This document shows positions 1 to 7,314 of a stretch of 41,407 bases of DNA, piece after piece. Numbering within the stretch: position 1 is the first letter of the stretch; every line of letters starts with the position of its first letter. A model generated the notes under the pieces. That model was not told the origin of the DNA, did no database searches, and worked only from the letters and a program-made list of their open reading frames with translations. Made by a program: the position numbers and the translations under genes. Source of the DNA: Actinomycetota bacterium (GTDB taxonomy: Bacteria > Actinomycetota > Actinomycetes > JAKEEW01); the NCBI GenBank assembly GCA_046725875.1, contig JBKOZJ010000164.1:1-41407 (forward strand), given 5' to 3'.

Positions 1-782
1 AGCAGCTCGGCCGAGGGGCGGTCCATGACCGTGTCTCCAGCGGCGATGATGAAACTTGGGCTGCCGGCCACAGCCTCCGCCGGGACGCTGAGAGCCAGGC
101 GGCATGCAGCGGCGACGTCCCGCTCGTCGACGTAGCCCCAAAGGTTCCACTTGCGCTCGAGGGGATCCGCCCAGAACGAGGAGAAGTGCCGGTAGTCAGC
201 GGGCGCCATGATGTTGGAAAAGCGCAGCGCGACGAACGGAATCCCCGACCACTGTGCGATGTGCGCGGCGATCGTCTCGCTCGCCACCTTTGACAGCGCG
301 TAGGTCGTTGTGGGGAATGGGTAGTGATCCTCGTCCACTGGGGCGTACAGCGGTGCAACGTCGAACGGCAGGCCGAGAGTCGTCTCGCTCGATGCCCACA
401 CCACGCGGCCCACGCCGAGCCGGGCGGCAGCCATGAACACGTTGAAGTTCATGGTGACATTCGCCGTGAAGGTGATTGCCGGCGTGGCGATCTCAGGCGC
501 TGGGATGTTCGCCAGGTGGACGACGGCGTCCGCGCCCCCTAGCGCCTCGATCGCGCGCTCGCTTCCAGTGGTGGCCGGCCACCAGGTCGCCTCCGCGCCC
601 TGCAGGGCTTCGAGCGCCTGCCCGTAGTCGGTCAGGTCCGCGCGCAGCATCCCGCCTTCCAGGTCCTCCCTGGTGACCGCGATGTCCGTCTCCACCACGT
701 CGTAGCCGTGCTCGCGCAGTTCCCGCGCCACAGCCCGGCCCGCCTGCCCACTTGCACCGGTCACGCAAACGCGCTGTCCCAT
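1..782 (-). CDS. NAD-dependent epimerase/dehydratase (extended SDR), 3' end runs off the window
   Basis: Not in the ORF track because it has no stop in the window. Hand translation from ATG at 782: MGQRVCVTGASGQAGRAV (Rossmann TGxxGxxG) ... DAVVHLANIPAP ... RVVWASSET ... YALSK (YxxxK) ... ALRFSNI ... WGYVDERDVA. Confidence 0.9.
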   Translation of the reverse strand, partial: MGQRVCVTGASGQAGRAVARELREHGYDVVETDIAVTREDLEGGMLRADLTDYGQALEALQGAEATWWPATTGSERAIEALGGADAVVHLANIPAPEIATPAITFTANVTMNFNVFMAAARLGVGRVVWASSETTLGLPFDVAPLYAPVDEDHYPFPTTTYALSKVASETIAAHIAQWSGIPFVALRFSNIMAPADYRHFSSFWADPLERKWNLWGYVDERDVAAACRLALSVPAEAVAGSPSFIIAAGDTVMDRPSAEL

Positions 783-814
783 TGCAGTCCCCTCACCTTG
801 GTCCTCGCGTGCGG

Positions 815-845
815 ATGCTAGGACCTATAGCCAGCTCTAGGTCAA
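815..845 (-). promoter_or_regulatory. MerR-type promoter/operator of the epimerase gene
   Basis: Minus strand TTGACC (845-840), 19-bp spacer, TAGCAT (820-815). Dyad GACCTATAG-ccag-CTCTAGGTC (822-843, one mismatch) spans the spacer. A divergent MerR gene is adjacent. Confidence 0.85.
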
Positions 846-863
846 GCTCGTAGTCTGGACGCT

Positions 864-1322
864 GTGCCGGAGACTCCGCCCGAGATGCGGCCGTACCTCA
901 GCATCGGACAGGTCGCCGACCGCACCGGGCTGAGCGTTCACGCGCTGCGCTTCTACGAGCGCGAGGGCCTGTTCGCCACCCCCGTACACCGAGGGCCGGG
1001 TGGCCGCCGGCTCTACAGCGACTGGGACTTGGAGTGGCTCGAGGTGTGCGTCAAGCTTCGGGCGTCAGGCATGCCACTCAACGCGATCCGCCGATACGCC
1101 ACCCTGGTCGCGGCAGGCGAGGGCAACGAGGAAGGCCGGCTTAGCCTGCTGCGCCAGCACCAAGATCACGTACGCGCAGAGATCGCCGCACTCACCGAGT
1201 GCCTGGACCTGATCACGTTCAAAGTTCAGTACTACGAGGCCTGTCTGACCCACGCTTCCATAGACCCGCTATTCATCCCGCCAAGCCCCAGCGGGGCGGC
1301 AAAGACGCCGGTTAATACATGA
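864..1322 (+). CDS. MerR-family transcriptional regulator
   Basis: LSIGQVADRTGLSVHALRFYEREGL...GGRRLYS HTH, then LRASGMPL and a coiled-coil. TAGTCT lies 7 nt before the GTG, suggesting a leaderless start. Confidence 0.92.
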   Translation: MPETPPEMRPYLSIGQVADRTGLSVHALRFYEREGLFATPVHRGPGGRRLYSDWDLEWLEVCVKLRASGMPLNAIRRYATLVAAGEGNEEGRLSLLRQHQDHVRAEIAALTECLDLITFKVQYYEACLTHASIDPLFIPPSPSGAAKTPVNT

Positions 1323-1731
1323 CGGCTTGCGCGCCGTCACGAGGAGGGCCGACTGTGGGCTGTCGTCGCCGCGGCTACCCTAAGCGGCTCGAGCCGCCGC
1401 TGGTCACATTGCAGCCGGAACGGCGGCCAATGAGGTTGAGTCGACATCGCCGGCGTCCCCATGCGGCCCCACCCAAGGCTCGCAACGGTGCCGGGTCGCC
1501 GGGCTCGCTGACCCCAGGCCGGTGACCCGGCCGCTGACCGGCTAGAACGAGGTCGAGCGGGCGCCCGAAGCTAGGGTGAGACATGCGCCGTCTCGTGCGG
1601 CAAGCTGCCTTGCCAGCTGAGATCAAGGCGCGTGTTAGTCAGCAGACCTGTCAGAAGGACCGGTCCGGCTCAGACCACCCAGGCCGAGTCCCCGGACGCG
1701 GTCAACGACCGGCTGAAGGAGGAAACAGGGA

Positions 1732-2430
1732 ATGAAGACACCCCCGATCGTCTCCCCGCGGGAGTGGGATGAGGCCCGGGAGCGGTTGCTGGTGAAGGAG
1801 AAGGAGCTCACCCGGGCACGTGACGCGATGGCGGCCCAACGCCGGCGCATGCCGTGGATGGCCGTGGAGAAGGATTACCGCTTTGAAGGGCCGAACGGGC
1901 CTGCAAGCCTGCTCGACCTGTTCGAGGGCCGTCGCCAGCTGGTCGTCTACCGCGCCTTCTACGGGCCGGAGGTCACGACCTACGCTGAGGGCGGCGCGTA
2001 CCCGGAGCGGGCCTGCGTGGGCTGCTCGTTCCTCGCCGACCAGGTAGCGAACCCGGCACACCTAAACGCCCGCGACACCTCGCTGGCGTTCGTGTCGCGC
2101 GCCCCACAGGCGAACATCGAGCGGCTGAAGGCGCGGATGGGTTGGGAGTTGATCCCGTGGTACACGCTCACGGACGACTTTGACGCTGACTTCGGAGTGG
2201 ACGAGTGGCACGGCACCAACGCCTTCATCGACCACGACAGTCGGGTGTTTCGCACCTATTTCATCAACAGCCGCGGCGACGAGGCGATAGGGAGCACCTG
2301 GAGCTATCTCGACATGACCGCGCTCGGTCGCCAAGAGGAGTGGGAGGACTCGCCGGAGGACTATCCCCAAACCCCGCCCTACCAATGGTGGAACTACCAC
2401 GACGCGTACCGGCCAGAGGCGCGGCAGTAG
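1732..2430 (+). CDS. DUF899 family thioredoxin-like protein
   Basis: EWDEARERLLVKEKELTRARD..RRRMPW, SLLDLFEGRRQL, CVGCS, LDMTALGRQE and final WW are characteristic of the family. AAGGAGG RBS upstream. Confidence 0.9.
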   Translation: MKTPPIVSPREWDEARERLLVKEKELTRARDAMAAQRRRMPWMAVEKDYRFEGPNGPASLLDLFEGRRQLVVYRAFYGPEVTTYAEGGAYPERACVGCSFLADQVANPAHLNARDTSLAFVSRAPQANIERLKARMGWELIPWYTLTDDFDADFGVDEWHGTNAFIDHDSRVFRTYFINSRGDEAIGSTWSYLDMTALGRQEEWEDSPEDYPQTPPYQWWNYHDAYRPEARQ

Positions 2431-2660
2431 TTGATCATGGCGGTTGCGGGCGCGGGCGACCCAACCTCTGGGTAGTCACTGCTGGCCGACGGTGCCGTAG
2501 CGGTGGTGGACACTTGTCATCTCTGGCTCGTTCCGGCCTCGCGTCAACATGCGGGCAGAAATGCAGCGACCAGGCGTTGATCTACGGCACCCCCGGAACG
2601 CGACCGCCAGAGCCCCCATTTGCACGGATGGCTGATCCAGCGTGAGGGCTAGATGATCAG

Positions 2661-2734
2661 TGGAGCTGACGGGACTCGAACCCGTGACCCCCTCGTTGCG
2701 AACGAGGTGCGCTACCGGACTGCGCCACAGCCCC
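2661..2734 (-). tRNA. tRNA-Ala (anticodon CGC)
   Basis: Reverse complement GGGGCTGTGGCGCAGTCCGGTAGCGCACCTCGTTCGCAACGAGGGGGTCACGGGTTCGAGTCCCGTCAGCTCCA. Acceptor stem has the G3:U70 Ala determinant, anticodon arm CCTCG-TTCGCAA-CGAGG, T loop GTTCGAG. CCA tail not encoded. Confidence 0.97.
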
Positions 2735-2833
2735 AGGACGACCTCGAGGGTACCATTCTAGGCTTTCCTCCGTCCTATTCGATCAGGGTCACGGGATCGG
2801 GCTTCACCGCCGACCGAGCCGGCCACTGGCGCC

Positions 2834-3820
2834 TTATCGGCCTTCATCGCGGCTGCCCGTGCCTGGGGTGGGTTGCGCCTCAGATGTTGAACCGGCCAAG
2901 GCCTCCGTTGCACGCGGCCGAGGGGCAGGACGGTTCTCCGCCCAGAGTGAGTTCACCAAAGCCGCACAGACGACAACCTGGCCAACGAGAAGCAACCACG
3001 CCAGGATGACGCCGGCGATTCCAAGCGTGCCGTACAGCTCGGACGACCTCTCGATCCTGCGCGGAAGGTAGACCCGGCTCACGGCATGCAAGACCGCGAA
3101 GCTGACCCCGGCCAAGATTGCGCCGGGTGCCAGATCGGTCCAGTGCCCGCCTCCGCCGGGCAGGCGCCGCGACAGGGCGAGCCATACGGCGGATAGGACA
3201 ATCGCCTGGACGAGGACGGCCAAAACGACCCCTCCCGGCATAAGTCGATCGAGCCGACCGATCAGACCGGCGATGACGAGCAGGACGAGGACTCCGCCAG
3301 CGAAGGCTGCCGCGGTGGTGATTACTTCGCGCTGTCGCAGGCGGGGTGGCTGGACCTGCCACGCGTGCGCATGGACTACGACAAGGCTGCGCATGAGTGT
3401 TCTCGTGGCCCAGAGGAGCAGGACCGCCCCGATCACGATCGCCACCCACCACGAGCGGTCGCCCTCGCGCAACGCGGATGTTACCTGCTGGCTCGCTGCA
3501 CCGGTGACGCCGGCTGTCCGGCTCGCGGACTCCACGCTCCCTTCGTGATCCGCTTCTATCCGGGCGAGAATTCCGGCCAGCAGCAGCGCCAGCGGCAACA
3601 GCCAGAGGAACAGCCGGAACGCGATTGCACTGGCAAGCAAGATCCCCTGCCTGGATGCGTACCGAGCGAGGAAGGCCAACGGCAAACCGAGGAGGGGTTG
3701 CTGATCGATCCGATCGCGATACCAGTCATTAACCCGTCCGGCCAGCTGGCGTAGCCGAGCGAACCGGCCGGGCGCCGGCCTGGTCTGCGTCTGGTTCGAC
3801 GAGTGGGCCACAACCGACAA
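2834..3820 (-). CDS. YihY/virulence factor BrkB family membrane protein
   Basis: LLASAIAFRLFLWLLP near the N-terminus, about 6 hydrophobic segments, and PGAILA...YGTLG...LAWL motifs. Exact start uncertain. Confidence 0.8.
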   Translation of the reverse strand: MSVVAHSSNQTQTRPAPGRFARLRQLAGRVNDWYRDRIDQQPLLGLPLAFLARYASRQGILLASAIAFRLFLWLLPLALLLAGILARIEADHEGSVESASRTAGVTGAASQQVTSALREGDRSWWVAIVIGAVLLLWATRTLMRSLVVVHAHAWQVQPPRLRQREVITTAAAFAGGVLVLLVIAGLIGRLDRLMPGGVVLAVLVQAIVLSAVWLALSRRLPGGGGHWTDLAPGAILAGVSFAVLHAVSRVYLPRRIERSSELYGTLGIAGVILAWLLLVGQVVVCAALVNSLWAENRPAPRPRATEALAGSTSEAQPTPGTGSRDEGR

Positions 3821-4065
3821 TCTGCCGCCGAAAAGCCGGCTGCAATCACCCGCTGGGTGTGAAGCTCGGGGACCGGGAGCGTTCCGTACACGCCCGCGCC
3901 CTTCCGATCACGGCACACCGGGCTTGATCCGCCGTAGCAGCAGAGCGTTGAAGGTGAAGATGAGGGTCGTGGCGGTCCTGACCAGCGCCCGAACACCCGG
4001 TCGCAGCGAGACCCGAGGAGCGCTCGCCGGACCGTGATCGGTCGACTATGTGACTTTGCTATTCT

Positions 4066-4082
4066 ATACCTACGAGGGGTAT
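4066..4082. promoter_or_regulatory. CsoR-type operator
   Basis: ATACC-TACGAGG-GGTAT pseudo-palindrome with a G-tract, just upstream of csoR. It matches the actinobacterial ATACC-N7-GGTAT CsoR site pattern. Confidence 0.75.
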
Positions 4083-4119
4083 TGAAGAGAACACGGCGCT
4101 GGGTAAGGGCGGTCAGCGG

Positions 4120-4425
4120 ATGAGCGAGAGTCATGGGACGGCCACGCGCGGATACACGGCGAGAAAGGACAGCCATCTCAAGCGGCTGCGCCGGGTCGAG
4201 GGCCAGATTCGCGGCCTGCAGCGGATGGTCGAGGAGGACAAGTACTGCATCGACATCCTGACCCAGGTCTCGGCAGCAACGCGGGCGCTACAGGCCTTCT
4301 CGCTCGAGCTGCTCGAGGAGCATCTCGGCCACTGCGTCGCCGACGCCGTACAGGCCGGGGGGTCCGAAGCCGACGCAAAGGTACGCGAGGCGTCCGAGGC
4401 GATCGCGCGGCTGGTCCGCAGCTGA
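4120..4425 (+). CDS. csoR: CsoR/RcnR family copper-sensing repressor
   Basis: LKRLRRVEGQIRGLQRMVEEDKYCIDILTQVSA...EHLGHCV, with the Cys/His/Cys Cu(I) ligand set. Confidence 0.92.
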   Translation: MSESHGTATRGYTARKDSHLKRLRRVEGQIRGLQRMVEEDKYCIDILTQVSAATRALQAFSLELLEEHLGHCVADAVQAGGSEADAKVREASEAIARLVRS

Positions 4426-4529
4426 CCGATCCGGCGATCGGCGGCGCCGAATCGATTATGCGAACGGCCGGTTCCCCTGATCACTGGTCCCGGTGGGGGA
4501 GCGCACTGTCAGTCGAGCCGGACGGGCGT

Positions 4530-5120
4530 CTAGACGTGCTCGGAGACGACGACGGCGACCGTGCCAGGCTCCAGCGCCCGGAAGATATGGGGCACGTCTC
4601 CGGGGTACGCGATGTAATCCCCCGGGTTCAGCTCGGCCGGATCGCCGGCGACACCGACGAGCGCCCGGCCTGCACTCAATATCACGTGCTCGACGACTCC
4701 GGGCATGTGCGGCTCGGACTCACGGGCGGAGCCCGGCTGCGCGCGGATGACGTAGACGTCCCGGCGGGCATTTGGCGGGCAGGACGAAAGCAGGGTAGCC
4801 ACGTAGTCGGACCGCTCGGACGCCACGGCCGGTCCTTCGCCTGCCCGGATGAGCTGCACCCTCGGGCGCCGCGGCTCCACTAGCCGAGAGAACGGCACAT
4901 CGAGTGCCACACCCAGCGCCCACAACGTTTCCACGCTGGGGTTCCCATTGCCGGCTTCGAGCTGGGACAACGTCGACTTCGCGACGCCGGCCCGCCGTGC
5001 GACCTCGGCCAGGGATAGCCCGGCCCGCCGCCGCTCCCGTTTCAGCGAGGTAGCGATCACGTCGAGGAGTGTCCCTCCCAGCTTCTCCCCGTCCCCGGTA
5101 TTGACCTTTACCTGCGCCAT
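4530..5120 (-). CDS. XRE-family HTH regulator with C-terminal cupin sensor
   Basis: SLAEVARRAGVAKSTLSQLEAGNGNPSVETLWAL HTH and SEPHMPGVVEHV...DVPHIF cupin. Divergent from azlCD. Confidence 0.92.
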   Translation of the reverse strand: MAQVKVNTGDGEKLGGTLLDVIATSLKRERRRAGLSLAEVARRAGVAKSTLSQLEAGNGNPSVETLWALGVALDVPFSRLVEPRRPRVQLIRAGEGPAVASERSDYVATLLSSCPPNARRDVYVIRAQPGSARESEPHMPGVVEHVILSAGRALVGVAGDPAELNPGDYIAYPGDVPHIFRALEPGTVAVVVSEHV

Positions 5121-5154
5121 GCTTCTCCGTCAGCCGTTCGTTTTACACTTCACA

Positions 5155-5222
5155 TCGTTCGCCTTGACGAACGACGCGGTCTTTGTCCAGTATAGAAGGC
5201 GATGCGTTCGATAAGGCGAACA
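5155..5222. promoter_or_regulatory. Two palindromic operators (CGTTCG-N6-CGAAC) and azlC promoter
   Basis: TCGTTCG-ccttga-CGAACGA at 5155-5174 overlaps TTGACG (-35, 5164-5169). CGTTCG-ataagg-CGAACA at 5205-5222 lies in the first azlC codons. An extra half-site CGTTCG is at 5135-5140. Confidence 0.65.
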
Positions 5223-5906
5223 CTCGGGCGGGAGCTGTCCCGCGACATCGCGCTGGTCTGTCTCGCGGACATGATCGTGGGCGTGTCGTTCGGAGCGATC
5301 ACGGTCGCCACTGACCTGCCATTGTGGCTTCCAACTCTGCTTTCCGTGGTGGTCTTTGCCGGCGCCGCGCAGTTCATATTCGTCGGCATCGTTGCTTCGG
5401 GCGGCAACCCGCTCGCCGCTATGGCCGCCGGGCTCCTCGTGAACGGGAGGCATGTGCCCTTCGGCTTCGCGGTCGCCGACGTGTTCGGCCGAAGCTGGCG
5501 GCGCCGGATCGCTGGAAGTCACCTAATGGTCGACGAGTCCGTGGCTTTCGCGCTCGCGCAATCTGACCCGCACCGACGCCGAGCGGCCTACTGGACATGC
5601 GGCACTGCCTTGTTCCTCTGCTGGAACGTCGGCGTCGTGCTCGGCGTCGCAGGTGGAAGCGTCGTAAACGACACCGACGCGCTCGGCCTCGATGCCGCGT
5701 TTCCCGCGGTACTCCTAGCGTTGGTCCTGCCATCGCTGCGCACCGGGCCGCGCATGCGCCGAGCCGCACTCGCCGGCGGCATCGTGGCGCTCGCGGCGGC
5801 GCCTTTCCTGCCTGCTGGTCTGCCCGTTCTCCTCGCACTCGCCGGCGTTCTCGCCGGCGTCGACGGAGTGACCAAGCCGGTCCCTAGTGCTGGAGTTAGC
5901 TCGTGA
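5202..5906 (+). CDS. azlC: AzlC family branched-chain amino acid exporter, large subunit
   Basis: GVSFGA, VVFAGAAQF, LLVNGRH, MVDESVAFA and GLDAAFPA motifs. Confidence 0.92.
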   Translation: MRSIRRTLGRELSRDIALVCLADMIVGVSFGAITVATDLPLWLPTLLSVVVFAGAAQFIFVGIVASGGNPLAAMAAGLLVNGRHVPFGFAVADVFGRSWRRRIAGSHLMVDESVAFALAQSDPHRRRAAYWTCGTALFLCWNVGVVLGVAGGSVVNDTDALGLDAAFPAVLLALVLPSLRTGPRMRRAALAGGIVALAAAPFLPAGLPVLLALAGVLAGVDGVTKPVPSAGVSS

Positions 5907-6226
5907 CCGGACAGCTGTCCCTTCTCTTCGCCGTGCTGGTGCTCGGTGTCGGAACATACGCATTCCGACTCGCCGGCCCGGCACTACGCGCCCGGGTGCA
6001 AGTGGCACCGCAGCTCGAGCGTCTGATGACGGTTGCGACTGTTGTCTTGCTCGCAGCCCTCGTGCTGACCGCGGCACTCATGGATGGCCACGAGTTCGCG
6101 GGTGTCGCAAGGCCTGCCGGTGTCGCCGTCGGGGGTTTGCTCGCCTGGCGGCGGGCACCGTTTGTGGTCGTTGTGCTCGCCGCCGCCGCAACCACGGCCG
6201 TGCTCCGCATCCTTGGTGTGCCCTAA
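5903..6226 (+). CDS. azlD: AzlD family small subunit
   Basis: GTYAFRLAG and LAWRRAPFVVVVLAAAATTAVLR. GTGA overlap with the azlC stop. Confidence 0.9.
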   Translation: MTGQLSLLFAVLVLGVGTYAFRLAGPALRARVQVAPQLERLMTVATVVLLAALVLTAALMDGHEFAGVARPAGVAVGGLLAWRRAPFVVVVLAAAATTAVLRILGVP

Positions 6227-6369
6227 TCGCTCGTCCCACTGTGGAGCGTCGAAGTACGCAGCGCCGAACCGTCCTCACCGAATGGTCAGACCCATTGAGC
6301 AAGGGACCGGACCTGGGCTATTTGACCTGGCTTTGACGATTGCACTTCTGCCGCCCCTAACATCGCTGC

Positions 6370-7203
6370 GTGGGTGAGGGGTGGACATGGGACGAGACGT
6401 TGTCCGCCGGCAGCGCGGTCTACTACTCGGCCGGACGGATGCCGTATCCGCCAAAGCTCGCCGAAGCCATTCGAAGCGAGTTGCCGCTTGACGGGCCTGT
6501 CAGGCTCCTCGATGTCGGGTGCGGACCGGGCTCCCTGACTCTGGTGCTTGCCAATCTGTTCGTGGAGGCCGTTGGAGTCGACGCAGACCCGGACATGGTC
6601 GTCCGCGCCGCCGAACGCGCACGCCAGTTGAGTATCTCGAACACCGTCTGGCGATGCATGCGAGCCGAAGAGCTCCCGGCGGATCTCGGAAGATTTCGGG
6701 TTGCGACCTTCGCCCAGTCCTTCCACTGGATGGACCGCTCTCGTGTTGCGTCTGCTGTACGGGAGATGATCGAGGACGGTGGCGCGCTGGTCCTCGTACA
6801 AGCCACTACTCATAGAGGGGTGGCGCGGGAGGAGCCGTTGCCACAACCGGGACCGCCGTGGAACGAGATTGACGCTCTTGTGCGGGCCTATCTAGGGCAG
6901 GTTCGCCGGGCTGGCCGCGGCTCTCTGCCTTCCGGCCCGCCGCGAAACGAGGATGGTGTGCTGCGCGCGGCGGGGTTCACCTGGCCACGGCACGTCGTGG
7001 TGGAAGGCGGCAGCGTCGTCGAGCGGACCGAGGATGAGGTGGTTGCCGCGGTCTACTCGCTGTCTAGCTCGACGCCTCATCTCTTTGGGGAGCGGCTGTC
7101 TGAGTTCGACCACGAGCTGCGCGATCTGCTGCGTGCGACGTCGCCTAGCGGCTTCTTTGCCGAGCTGACGCGGGAGATCGCTCTCGAGATTTGGCGCGTA
7201 TAG
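6370..7203 (+). CDS. Class I SAM-dependent methyltransferase
   Basis: YYSAGRMPYP, LLDVGCGPG, GVDADPDM, AEEL and FAQSFHWMD motifs. Confidence 0.92.
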   Translation: MGEGWTWDETLSAGSAVYYSAGRMPYPPKLAEAIRSELPLDGPVRLLDVGCGPGSLTLVLANLFVEAVGVDADPDMVVRAAERARQLSISNTVWRCMRAEELPADLGRFRVATFAQSFHWMDRSRVASAVREMIEDGGALVLVQATTHRGVAREEPLPQPGPPWNEIDALVRAYLGQVRRAGRGSLPSGPPRNEDGVLRAAGFTWPRHVVVEGGSVVERTEDEVVAAVYSLSSSTPHLFGERLSEFDHELRDLLRATSPSGFFAELTREIALEIWRV

Positions 7204-7260
7204 CAGCTGCCGCGGAGCGCTTTTCGCGAACGGAGGGAACCGGGCAGGGGCGCCGGATTT

Positions 7261-7282
7261 TGTCGGGGGCCAGGGGTAGCGT
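7261..7282 (+). promoter_or_regulatory. RecA-NDp/PafBC-type DNA-damage promoter
   Basis: TGTCGG-GGGCCAGGGG-TAGCGT is an exact TGTCGG-N10-TAnnnT match. Confidence 0.8.
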
Positions 7283-7287
7283 TCTAT

Positions 7288-7303
7288 TCGAACACAGGTT
7301 CGA
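7288..7303. promoter_or_regulatory. LexA SOS box
   Basis: TCGAAC-ACAG-GTTCGA, the perfect actinobacterial TCGAAC-N4-GTTCGA consensus, immediately after the -10 element. Confidence 0.9.
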
Positions 7304-7314
7304 GGGACTGGCTG

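Noticed and set aside
1645..1680. ECF-sigma-like promoter (TGTCAGA...) upstream of DUF899
   Set aside because: Only a loose resemblance, and no ECF sigma gene in the window to support it.
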